A stretch of 57,900 nt of DNA from Acidobacteriota bacterium (GCA_040005235.1 JBDTZG010000032.1:1-57900), one strand, 5' to 3'; shown: positions 8,484-17,773, counted from the first letter of the stretch. Notes: generated by a model not told the origin, from the sequence alone. Numbers and translations: made by a program.

Positions 8484-10804
8484 ATGACCTTCGGCCTCCT
8501 CTTGGCAGTGCTCGCTTCGGTGCCCGCCTCCGGGGCGGCCGTCGACGTTCTCGCTTCACCTGCGTGCGTTCGCTTCGAGATCGCGGCGAAGAGCGGTTTT
8601 TCGTTACCAAAATCCTGGCAGGGAAACGCCCGGCTGCTCAATTCCGAGACTCTCGAGGTATTGAACAAGAAATCGGCTTCAGCCGGCCGGCCGACGGTTC
8701 TCTGCGCCCCTGCAAGCCATCCGGTGGACGTGTCTTTGGAGATCGCAGGGCTCTGGATCCAGCGTCAATCCTTGATCCTGGGAGGCCCGGGAAGTCTGAC
8801 TCCGGTGGTATTGCGCGCATGGCCTCTCGAAAGGTCACCGGCTTGCTCGGCGGGGACGGGAAAGACCGCCCCCGAGCGGTGCGAGTCACCACCCTGCCCG
8901 TGCGCGGTTCACGTCTCGGCGCCGAGCCTCCTCCCGGTCAACTGGACTGTTCGGTGGACCCGAAAGGGCGCTTCGTTTGCGAGCTCCCGGCGGCCACGTA
9001 CGACCTTCATGTTGCACCGATACCGTTCGTTCCAGCCTACCTGGCCGGAGTGCGGGTCGATCCGGCGGGGCGGCTAGATCTCGGAACGATCCCCTTGCGA
9101 CGGGGAGCATCGGTCGCCGGTTGGGTCGCCGTAGAAGGAGCGCGATTCGAGCCCTCTAAGACCCACGTACGTTTGCGGCCCGCAACGATCACTGGCGCTC
9201 CTCCAGATCCGCGGCGAGCGGCCCAGGAAGAAAGCGCCACGTTCGAAGCTGCGACTCGCGCTGACGGCTTTTTCCAGTTTGTCGGCGTCCCGCCGGGCTC
9301 CTGGGAGCTGGAAGCCGAGCAAACGCCGCTCGCTCCGGCCCGAAAATCCGACCTGCGGGTCGAGCCCGAATCGGAGACTGTGGTGCCCGAACCGCTCATT
9401 CTGCGGCCGAAAGAGGCGCTCGCTCTGAGGGTCGAGCCTCCTCTTGACTGGAGCGGGCGACGCTGGAAGGTTTCCGTGAGGCGCCGGGTCGAAGGCACGG
9501 AACGCCTGGAGCCCGAGTCGACGTTCGAAGGTGCCGCGGATGAAGAGGGTGTGGTTCGGATTGCGTCCGCGCCCCCCGGGCGCTTTCTCGTGAGCGTCGA
9601 GGACGCCCGCGGTCAAAACTTCTTCTCCGACCTCCGTTTCGAGCTGACGGCCGGAGACGAGAAACTGATCAGGATTCGGTGGGTGGACGTGAAAGGCCGG
9701 GTACGCTTGGGCGATCAACCGCTCGCCGCTCGGCTCTGGTTCAGCTTCGGCGGACGCAAGATGGCCGGGGAGCCGATCGAGTCCGACGGCGAGGGATTGT
9801 TCAATCTGGTTTTACCTTTCGAGGGTCGTTGGCCGGTCGAGATCGAATCGGCCGAGAGCGGGGTTCGGGCGCAAGTTGAAGCGAACGTCGAAGCGGATCG
9901 GGATCGGCAGGCAAATCTCGATTTGCGTCTGCCGGACACCCGGTTGTTCGGCGGCGTTTCGTTCGACGGCGGTAAGCCCGCTCCAAACGCCATGGTGTTC
10001 ATTTCGGCGAAGGATGGAGGAACGGGTGATTTCCTTGCGACGGCCGATGGCGAGGGCGCGTTTTCGTTTCGCGGGCTTCCGGCCGGCCGATTGGCGATCT
10101 CGGCGGAACTGCGGGAAGACGAGGGCGTCTGGTCTGCCCCGGCGGCGACAATCCCGGTGGCCGATGGCGAGGAAGCCGGCCCGCTACAGCTGGTCCTGCG
10201 TCGCAGGGTGAAACAGACGGGGCGGGTGATGTCGCCACGGGGACCGGTGGCGGGCGCGGTGATCTCCGCCTGGCCGCTTTCTGGCGCCTCTGGGAGCTGG
10301 GCGAAGGCCGGCTCCGACATCGACGGAACGTTTACGTTCGACAGTCCTGTCGGAAGCGGTCCGCTGGTCATCGTTCCACGTGCTCCCGGCTTTGCCCTGC
10401 GCGCTTTTGTTCGCCCTTCCGGAACCGAACCCATAGTGCTCGATCTCTCGCCGGAGGCGGGCAGCCTCGAAGTCGCCCTGCCTTGGATGTCCGATCGCAG
10501 TTCGATGGGATTCGCCCTCGCCTTCTTCGAGGATGGGATCGCAATTCCGTATGGCAATCTACTCGCTCGCTGGGCGATGAGTGAAGGCGTCGAATCGAAG
10601 TCTTCGGCTGAAGGGGGCACCTCGATCCGGGTCCCGGCTCTGGCGCCTGGACGTTGGGACGTTTGCCTACTTGCTTCCCACGACCTGGCCTTCCGCTTCG
10701 CCAATGGCGACGGAGCGCCACAGACCGGCTGCGTCGGCGGAGCTCTTGAAGCGGGCGCCACCCTCCGCCTCGAAGTACCGAAGCCGGCGGCTATTGAACG
10801 CTGA
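8484..10804 (+). pseudogene. secreted carboxypeptidase-regulatory-like (prealbumin-like) repeat protein, frameshifted near 8826-8834
   Basis: Signal peptide lies in frame 8484; the repeats ('TRADGFFQFVGVPPGSWEL', 'ADGEGAFSFRGLPAG') lie in frame 8564; junction '...RAWPL' / 'KVTGLL...'. Confidence 0.65.
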
Positions 10805-10814
10805 GGCGGCGCTC

Positions 10815-11255
10815 CTAATCGTTGGCTTGTTCCGGCTCCGGCCCGACCCGTCGCTCGAACCGCAGGGCCAAGCGCATGATTTCCCGCCGCTGCTCTTCCG
10901 CCCATTCGGATAATCGCCGGTCGGCCGGGTCGAGCGGCGCGCCGCTGCCGAGGTCCACCGGCGGCGGCTCTACGGCTACCTCCTCCACGAAGTCCTGAAG
11001 GTGCCGCAGTTCGCGGCCCACGGCGCGGATCTTCGCCCGGCGGATTGATTCGCCGAGCCGTTTCGGGTCGAGCGGTTGCTCGCCTGCCCCTTTGTACAGC
11101 GCCTCGGCGACGTACTCGACGATCTTCCGGATGTTGGGTACCCACCGGAATCTCAACAAGGCCGTCTCGCGCAACAGCCCGCCTCGTCGCCGCGCCCTAT
11201 CCATCTTGTCCAGTTCCTTCTCGATCGTTTCCTTGATCGGCCCCGGCTTCTTCAC
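10815..11255 (-). CDS. hypothetical helical protein (146 aa)
   Basis: GTG start overlaps the upstream stop (GTGA); purine-rich RBS 'GAGGGTGGAG'; plausible protein composition. Confidence 0.6.
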   Translation of the reverse strand: MKKPGPIKETIEKELDKMDRARRRGGLLRETALLRFRWVPNIRKIVEYVAEALYKGAGEQPLDPKRLGESIRRAKIRAVGRELRHLQDFVEEVAVEPPPVDLGSGAPLDPADRRLSEWAEEQRREIMRLALRFERRVGPEPEQAND

Positions 11256-11725
11256 GACTCCACCCTCAGATCGCACCAAATCTCGTCGCGCAGTGCGCGC
11301 CGGGCACGGCGCCGCATTCGAAGGAGGTGAAGAAGCGGCCCGGGCTCGATTTGACCCCGGCGCAAAATCGCGGCCCAAACGCGCATCGAAAGGAGACCGC
11401 CTTCGGGCAAGGACTCGGCCCCTTCCTTCAGCAGGTTTTCGATCCGGCCGGCGAGCGCGGGGAGCAGCTCGCCGTGATTCAGATAGAGAAGGCTGCGACC
11501 CAGCTCCAATGTCGCCTCGGCGGCGGCGAGCGGGTCGTTGAGGTATTCGTAGGCCCAGGCGGCCCGTTCGAACTGCACGACGGCTTCGGTGAAATCCCCG
11601 ACTTTCGTGGCGGTTTCGCCGCGGTGCATGAGCATCCGGGCGAAGCGGCGGATTCGGGAAGCATCGGGTTCGCCCCGCGAGGCGGAATGCTGCTTACTCG
11701 ACTTGCGGTAGGGGGCGTCGGCCAT
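11252..11725 (-). CDS. stand-alone TPR-like protein resembling the C-terminus of the neighbouring HTH-TPR regulator
   Basis: 'EAVVQFERAAWAYEYLNDPLAAAEATLELGRSLL' aligns by eye with 'DAAGKLELVWRDFADLEIDYDAALAALDLAVVYL'. Confidence 0.6.
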   Translation of the reverse strand: MADAPYRKSSKQHSASRGEPDASRIRRFARMLMHRGETATKVGDFTEAVVQFERAAWAYEYLNDPLAAAEATLELGRSLLYLNHGELLPALAGRIENLLKEGAESLPEGGLLSMRVWAAILRRGQIEPGPLLHLLRMRRRARRALRDEIWCDLRVES

Positions 11726-11954
11726 GCAGGAGAGGTTAACGACGCGAATGGCCGCCAGCGTTTGCAAACTTCCGAAGGTCGCGCCAGACTACCCAAAGGT
11801 CCTTTTTTTCAATCACCGGGCAGATCGATACCGGATCACACAACAAATTACCCGCGGCTCGGTGATTCGAGGGTTCGCTTGTGGTTACTCTTGTTGTCAC
11901 GTTCGAGGGGGCTGTAACACCCTGTTCTATGAAACCCAACCCCCGAGGTTGACC

Positions 11955-13448
11955 ATGGTCGAAACGAAGCAGCCGCCGGTGCCGCCGAACAATGTTGCGC
12001 TCAAGGTCGTTCGCGTCGTGCTCGGCCTGGACCAGGGCGAAGCGGCCGAGTTGATCGGAATCTCGCCCGGCGCGCTCGGCCAGTTGGAGCTGGGCAAGGC
12101 GAAGAAGGCACTGGAGCGCCAAAAGCTCGAACGCTACGTGGCGAGCCTGAAGCCGGCGCCTGGCGCGGTCGAAAGCGCGCTCACCGCGGTGGATTCGATC
12201 CGTCCCGACGCGGAGGTCGAGGCGCTCGGCGCCGACCTACCGCCGGAGGTTCGTGCCGATCTCGAAAAGGCCGCCGCCACCCATCACCGGCAGATGCGGC
12301 GCGAGCTGTTCGAAGGAGCCCGGGAGCTGAAGTTCGACAAGGCGCGGGCGGAGGCCGTCACGGTCTGGGAGATTCTCCGTCCCCTCCAAAGACATCCCGC
12401 CGACCGGCGCCAGGTGATTGAGGAGAGCCCCCGCTTCGCCACCTGGGCGCTGGTCGAAAAGCTGGCCCACGAAAGCGACCGGGCCACCATCCGGGACGTC
12501 GAAGAGGCGCTCGCCCTCGCCGACCTGGACGTGTGGACCGCCGAAAGGCTCCACCCCCCGGCCGATTATCAGGCGGCCTCCCGCGAATATGCCCAGGTGT
12601 ATCTCGGCAACGCCCGCAGGGTGAAAGGTTGGCTCGATCAGGCCGACGCCGCTTTTTTCCGTGCGAAGGAGGTCGCCGCTGTGGGGGAGATCGTGCCTTC
12701 TCCGTTCTCCCGCGCCCGGATGCTCGACCGCGAGGCGAGTCTTCGTCGGGACCAGCGGCGATTCGACGAGGCCCTCGCGCTTCAAGACCAGGCTTTCAAG
12801 ATCGCACAACCCAGCGAGCTGGGCTCGCTCTGGCTCAACCGATCGGTGCTCCTCCATGCCAGCAACGATCCGGTCGGCGCGATCGAGTCGCTCCAGAACG
12901 CGTGTGCGACATTCGATGAGAAAAGTGACCCGCGAGATCGGCTGGTGGCACAGTTCAACCTTGCGGCGAGCCTGATCGATCTGGGGCGAGGCGATGAAGT
13001 TGAGGCCCTGCTGCCGCAGGTTCGCGCCGTCGCCGAGTCTCAGCGGGCTACCGTCGATCTACTCCGGGTGAATTGGCTCGAAGGAAAGTGTGCAGCGGTG
13101 GTGGGGAAGATTGAGGACGCGGCCGGAAAGCTCGAACTGGTCTGGCGCGATTTCGCCGATCTCGAGATCGATTACGACGCCGCGCTCGCGGCGCTCGACC
13201 TCGCAGTGGTCTACCTGTCGGCCGGCCAGCTCGCGGAGACGAAGGCGCTGGCCCTCCGGACCGCGGTGGTCTTTCGCAGGCTCAAGATCGAGCAGAAAGA
13301 GCTGGCGGCGGTGCGCCTGTTCTGGGAGGCCGCCGGCCGAGAGCGGGCGACGGTCGAGCTGGCCCGTCGAGCGCACCGCGCGTTGGTCGCCTTCGGTGCC
13401 TCGCTGGGTAAAGGGGCCATCCCTTTCGTTGGCGGGTTGCGAGGCTGA
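11955..13448 (+). CDS. XRE-family HTH plus TPR-repeat transcriptional regulator
   Basis: 'LGLDQGEAAELIGISPGALGQLELGK' XRE HTH followed by TPR-like helical repeats; ATG at 11955 after GAGG. Confidence 0.8.
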   Translation: MVETKQPPVPPNNVALKVVRVVLGLDQGEAAELIGISPGALGQLELGKAKKALERQKLERYVASLKPAPGAVESALTAVDSIRPDAEVEALGADLPPEVRADLEKAAATHHRQMRRELFEGARELKFDKARAEAVTVWEILRPLQRHPADRRQVIEESPRFATWALVEKLAHESDRATIRDVEEALALADLDVWTAERLHPPADYQAASREYAQVYLGNARRVKGWLDQADAAFFRAKEVAAVGEIVPSPFSRARMLDREASLRRDQRRFDEALALQDQAFKIAQPSELGSLWLNRSVLLHASNDPVGAIESLQNACATFDEKSDPRDRLVAQFNLAASLIDLGRGDEVEALLPQVRAVAESQRATVDLLRVNWLEGKCAAVVGKIEDAAGKLELVWRDFADLEIDYDAALAALDLAVVYLSAGQLAETKALALRTAVVFRRLKIEQKELAAVRLFWEAAGRERATVELARRAHRALVAFGASLGKGAIPFVGGLRG

Positions 13449-13506
13449 TGCAGCCGGCGTCCCGCGCGGGCACCGGCTGTGGACCTGCCTCTTCAGCTTT
13501 CGGTGG

Positions 13507-13827
13507 TCAGTTCGCGCAGCGGCCTACCGGCTCGATTCCGCAACCCTCGTCCCGCGGAGCCGGGGTGCTCGCATCGGCGCAGCGTCCGACTGGATCGACG
13601 ACGCAACCCTGGTCCCGCGGAGCCGGAGCGCTCGAGTTGCTTTCGCGGCACCCGCCGACGGGCTCGAGAATGCACCCCGTGGATGCCCAGAGGTTCGACA
13701 GGAACCCGAGCCAATCGGGCCAGTGCGGGCCGCCGGCCGGTACGGCGAATCCAGCCGTCGGAGCGGTCAGGCCGAGTACGATGACGAAGACCACGGGAAC
13801 GGCGAAACGGCGGAGCGATGGGTTCAT
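13507..13827 (-). CDS. small secreted Cys-repeat peptide precursor
   Basis: AGGAGG RBS; Sec signal 'MNPSLRRFAVPVVFVIVLGLTAPTAGFA'; three GCxx[DE]PVGxC motifs. Confidence 0.75.
   Translation of the reverse strand: MNPSLRRFAVPVVFVIVLGLTAPTAGFAVPAGGPHWPDWLGFLSNLWASTGCILEPVGGCRESNSSAPAPRDQGCVVDPVGRCADASTPAPRDEGCGIEPVGRCAN
13510..13635 (-). repeat. 63-bp intragenic tandem duplication (21-aa unit)
   Basis: GCAACCCT(C/G)GTCCCGCGGAGCCGG occurs at 13540 and 13603. Confidence 0.8.
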
Positions 13828-13917
13828 GCGCTGCCTCCTTGGAGTGTCGGGCCGGCCGGGAGATCCGGCGCCCGGAAACGTAGCGACGGGGGCGCCCGAA
13901 TAGATGGGTGAAAGGCT

Positions 13918-14322
13918 ATGTCACACTACCCGAAAGCGAAGAAACGACCGATAAATACGGAAATCGCGCCGCCGGGCCGCAGCGCGGTCGATGATCCGGC
14001 GGTCTGGGTGCAGTTCGTCCGCGCCTCGCGGGGCTGGAGCCAAGAGGAGCTCGCCGAGGCCGCTAAAATGCATCCGTCCCAGATCTCGGCCTACGAGACG
14101 GGGCTCAAAATCCCCCGCCCGGCCACCCGCGCCCGGCTGGCCGCCGCGGCGGGCACCACCCCGGAAGCGGTGATCGAAGCGGCCGAAGTCTTAAGGCGCC
14201 GGCCGAAGGTCGGGGCGGGCACGTCGATCTCCCGGCGGGCCGCGTCGTTCGCCGAGCAGACCCGCCGGCAGTTCGAGGCGGCGTTGGACCGCGCCGAAGA
14301 GAGTCTCGCGCCCGGCCTGTAG
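13918..14322 (+). CDS. XRE-family HTH protein (stand-alone)
   Basis: 'RASRGWSQEELAEAAKMHPSQISAYETG'. Confidence 0.8.
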   Translation: MSHYPKAKKRPINTEIAPPGRSAVDDPAVWVQFVRASRGWSQEELAEAAKMHPSQISAYETGLKIPRPATRARLAAAAGTTPEAVIEAAEVLRRRPKVGAGTSISRRAASFAEQTRRQFEAALDRAEESLAPGL

Positions 14323-14466
14323 CAGAGGCGGCCCGGGGACAATGCGCCGTGGACCTGCGAGCTGTAGCGATGAGAGGGAGGCGGGGTTCTGCTGGGGTGG
14401 GGGGCAGAAGACTGAAAGGCGCGGCCGGAAGGCTGGCGGGCCGCGCCCCGATTTCGATCGACAAAT

Positions 14467-14847
14467 CTACTCGATGGTCACCTTCGCCTTGTGTTCGGCG
14501 ATCGTCGCGCCTGCCTGCGTGACGACGACCGAATACGTCGCGGTCTTGGTGGCGGGATCGACCGTCGCTTCCACCTTGCACGCCGAATGTTCCGAAATTT
14601 CGGATTCGACTTCCGCTTTGGAGCCCGCGCGGGCCAGAATCTGCGGCGCCGCGATCAGATCGCCGGTCGCCAGATCGCGGACCTGGACCCGAACCGCATA
14701 GGCGCCGGCGGTTTTTTCACTCTTGGTGATCTGGACATCGGTCGAATAGCCGGGGGCGGCGCCGGTGCCCACGGCGGGCCGGGTGACGAGAAACGCCGCG
14801 AACGCGAGTGCGGCAAGGATTCCCAAGGCCAGTTTTTTGCGGGACAT
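14467..14847 (-). CDS. small exported beta-rich hypothetical protein
   Basis: GAGGAG RBS; signal peptide; beta-strand-like mature part. Confidence 0.65.
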   Translation of the reverse strand: MSRKKLALGILAALAFAAFLVTRPAVGTGAAPGYSTDVQITKSEKTAGAYAVRVQVRDLATGDLIAAPQILARAGSKAEVESEISEHSACKVEATVDPATKTATYSVVVTQAGATIAEHKAKVTIE

Positions 14848-15155
14848 TAGGTTCTCTCCTCTCGGTGTACCTTCCGGGTACCTTTGGGTCGATGGGATCA
14901 GGGAGGCCGTTGCTTCCTTAAGTTAGGTTGCCGCTGAGAGGCCAAACGAGACAATTTTTGCATCTGGAAAGCCCCGAGGGGCAAGTCGGGCGGCTTTCGG
15001 AGCGCCGATTGCAAAATAAGGAGTGGCGTCGGGCGGCAAGGACCAGCGCTAGCTGACCGCCTCGGAGGCTAGATCCGGTGCGAGTTTGCGAGGTCGCCGG
15101 GTTGCGTATGGCCGGCGTCACGGGGGCGTCCCCCGTCCTCCAATCCGCCTCCCGT

Positions 15156-15184
15156 TTGACAGTCCGGCCCCTCGCCTCTAGGAT
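15156..15184 (+). promoter_or_regulatory. sigma70-type promoter for spoVG-tRNA-prs
   Basis: TTGACA (15156-15161), 17-nt spacer, TAGGAT (15179-15184). Confidence 0.7.
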
Positions 15185-15413
15185 TGCGGGCCGCGGAATG
15201 GGGGGAGACCCTCGCCTCGCCTCCAAGATTGTTTTCGATCAACCCCACCGGACCAAGCGGCTCCGTGCGGGGTGTTTGTGTCGCCGCGATAAGCGGTGCC
15301 TCGGGGAAACCCGAGATTCTTTCGTCCCGGTCGCCGTTGCGGTTCGAGGCCTTCGGGGTTCGAAATGGCTCGGACGTGCGTGCGGCGAATCGTCTGGACG
15401 ATGGAGAGGATCC

Positions 15414-15947
15414 ATGGAGATCACGGAGGTCAAGGTCTTTCCCATTCATGAAGAGAAGCTGAGGGCCTTCGTTTCGATCGTCTTCGATCACTGCTTCATG
15501 GTCAACGACATCAAGGTCATCCAGGGGCGGGACGGCTTGTTCATCAGCATGCCGAGCCGCAAGAAGAAGAATGGGGAATTCAAAGACATCGCGCACCCGC
15601 TGAACAACGAGGCGCGGCGCACGATCGAGGATCGAATTCTGGCCGCGTTCGGCCAGACCGCCGATCCGAGCCGCTCGGGCGCTGCCGAGGTCCATCCTTC
15701 GATGGGTTTGGCGAGCAGTCCCTCGATGGGCTCCAACGGCTCCTCGATGGGAGTCATGGCGGCCATGGGGGCGGTGGGGTCGAACGGCCTGGGCGGGTCG
15801 GACGGACAGGAGCGGCGGGCGGAAACGCCGCCGAGCCTTCTCGAACCGCGCGGATCGGGCGCACCGGTCGCCGCGGCGTCGGAGCCGAAGACGCTCGAAG
15901 AGCTTGAAGAGCTACACTTGAGCGACTCGTTCTGGAGCGTCACGTAA
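15414..15947 (+). CDS. spoVG: SpoVG family nucleic-acid-binding protein with C-terminal extension
   Basis: 'MEITEVKVF', 'DIKVIQGRDGLFISMPSRK', 'FKDIAHPLN'; GAGAGG RBS. Confidence 0.93.
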   Translation: MEITEVKVFPIHEEKLRAFVSIVFDHCFMVNDIKVIQGRDGLFISMPSRKKKNGEFKDIAHPLNNEARRTIEDRILAAFGQTADPSRSGAAEVHPSMGLASSPSMGSNGSSMGVMAAMGAVGSNGLGGSDGQERRAETPPSLLEPRGSGAPVAAASEPKTLEELEELHLSDSFWSVT

Positions 15948-16004
15948 GCGGGAGCGGGGTAAAAGGAGTGCCGGCAGGATCGGCAACAGACGGCGAAGCA
16001 ACCT

Positions 16005-16079
16005 TGGGGCGTCGCCAAGCGGTAAGGCACCAGACTTTGGCTCTGGCATACGGAGGTTCGAATCCTCCCGCCCCAACCA
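16005..16079 (+). tRNA. tRNA-Gln(TTG)
   Basis: Acceptor stem TGGGGCG/CGCCCCA; anticodon arm CCAGA-CTTTGGC-TCTGG; T loop GGTTCGAATCC; encoded CCA. Confidence 0.97.
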
Positions 16080-16122
16080 AATTCGTCGGCGAGTCCCCAC
16101 GCCAAAAGGAGCGAGGTCGTAC

Positions 16123-17064
16123 ATGGCAGGAGAGCTGAAGATTTTCGGGGGGCGCGCCCACCCGGCACTGGTGCAGGAGATCTGCGAATACCTCCATCTC
16201 GAAGCGGGGCACGTCAAAGCCCTGAACTTCTCGGATGGCGAGATCTTCTGTCAGGTCACCGAGAACGTGCGCGGCTCGGACGTCTTCGTGGTCCAGCCCA
16301 CCTGCGAGCCGGTCAACGAGAACCTGATGGAGCTGTTGATCCTGCTCGACACGTTCAAGCGCTCGTCCGCCTCGCGGGTGACGGCGGTGATCCCCTATTA
16401 CGGCTACGCCCGCCAGGACAAGAAAGACCAACCGCGTGTGCCGATCACCGCCAAGCTGGTGGCCGATCTGATCTCCCGCGCGGGCGCCGACCGGGTGCTC
16501 ACCCTCGACCTTCATGCCGATCAGATCCAGGGCTTTTTCGACGTGCCGGTCGACCACCTGTTCGCGGCCCCCGTGCTGCTCGAAGCGATGAAGGCGTTCC
16601 CCGTGCCCGACCTGGTGATCGTCTCGCCGGACGCGGGCGGGGTGGAACGCGCCCGGGCGATCGCCAAGCGCCTCGGTGTCGGCCTCGCGATCGTCGACAA
16701 GCGGCGCACCGCGCCGAACGAGGCGGAGGTCATGCACGTCATCGGCGACGTCGAAGGGAAAAACGCCCTGATCGTCGACGACATCATCGATACCGCGGGG
16801 ACACTCACCAAGACCGTCGAAGCGCTGAAAAAGAAGGGTGCCGAGCGCATCCTCGCCGCCGGGGTTCACGGCGTGCTCTCCGGCCCGGCGCTCGACCGGA
16901 TCAACGCATCCCCGCTCGAATCGGTACTGATCACGAATACCATCCCGGTGGAAGCCAAGCTCGCCCGATCGGCGAAGCTGCGCACGCTGTCGGTCGCCCC
17001 GCTGCTTGGCGAGGCGATCCGCCGGATTCACGAAAACAGCTCCGTAAGCTCGCTGTTCGTCTGA
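16123..17064 (+). CDS. prs: ribose-phosphate pyrophosphokinase
   Basis: 'FSDGE', 'PYYGYARQD', 'SPDAGG', 'VDDIIDTAGT'. Confidence 0.98.
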   Translation: MAGELKIFGGRAHPALVQEICEYLHLEAGHVKALNFSDGEIFCQVTENVRGSDVFVVQPTCEPVNENLMELLILLDTFKRSSASRVTAVIPYYGYARQDKKDQPRVPITAKLVADLISRAGADRVLTLDLHADQIQGFFDVPVDHLFAAPVLLEAMKAFPVPDLVIVSPDAGGVERARAIAKRLGVGLAIVDKRRTAPNEAEVMHVIGDVEGKNALIVDDIIDTAGTLTKTVEALKKKGAERILAAGVHGVLSGPALDRINASPLESVLITNTIPVEAKLARSAKLRTLSVAPLLGEAIRRIHENSSVSSLFV

Positions 17065-17090
17065 CGGCGGCTGCCAAAGAGGGTAAGGCG

Positions 17091-17759
17091 ATGAACGAAT
17101 TGACCGTAGAAGTCCAGAAGCGCGAAGGAACCGGCAAGAACGTCAACCGACGGCTGCGGGCCGCCGGAGTCGTGCCGGCCGTTCTGTATGGCGGCGAGCG
17201 CGACACCGTTTCGATTCAAGTGGTGAGGAAAGACATGATCGAGCTGCTCAAGAAGGCCGGCAGCGACCATCCGATCTTCCTTTTGAAACTCGCCGGTTCC
17301 GGCGGCCAGGAGCGCCACGCCATGGTGCGCGAGCTGAAAGTGAATCCGATCACCCGGATTCTTCAGCACATCGATTTTCAACGCATCTTGATGACCGAAA
17401 AGCTGCGCACCTCGGTGCCGATCGAGGTGACGGGCATCGCTTACGGCGTGAAGACCGAGGGCGGCTTGATCGACTTCGTCACCCGCGAGGTGCAGGTCGA
17501 GTGCCTGCCGGCCGACATCCCGAAGAAGATCACTATCGACGTGACGGAGCTTCACATCGGCCAGCACGTCGAGGCGCGCGAGCTGGAGCTGCCCGAGGGA
17601 GTCCAGCTGCTGGAAGATGCCGATCGGGTGATCGTCTCCTGCTCGCACACCCACGCCGAGGAGGCGGCCGCCGGAGCCGAAGGTCTCCTCGAAGCGGCCA
17701 AGGTCGAGCCCGAAGTGATCAAGAAGAAGAAGCCGGACGAGAAGAAGGACAAGAAGTAA
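17091..17759 (+). CDS. rplY: 50S ribosomal protein L25/Ctc
   Basis: 'RRLRAAGVVPAVLYG', 'HIDF', Ctc C-terminal domain; prs-rplY-pth synteny. Confidence 0.96.
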   Translation: MNELTVEVQKREGTGKNVNRRLRAAGVVPAVLYGGERDTVSIQVVRKDMIELLKKAGSDHPIFLLKLAGSGGQERHAMVRELKVNPITRILQHIDFQRILMTEKLRTSVPIEVTGIAYGVKTEGGLIDFVTREVQVECLPADIPKKITIDVTELHIGQHVEARELELPEGVQLLEDADRVIVSCSHTHAEEAAAGAEGLLEAAKVEPEVIKKKKPDEKKDKK

Positions 17760-17773
17760 CAGCCCTCTCTTCG

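Noticed and set aside
16005-16079. tRNA-Gln as an integration site for the upstream accessory block
   Set aside because: I saw no duplicated tRNA 3' end and no integrase, and prs follows directly.
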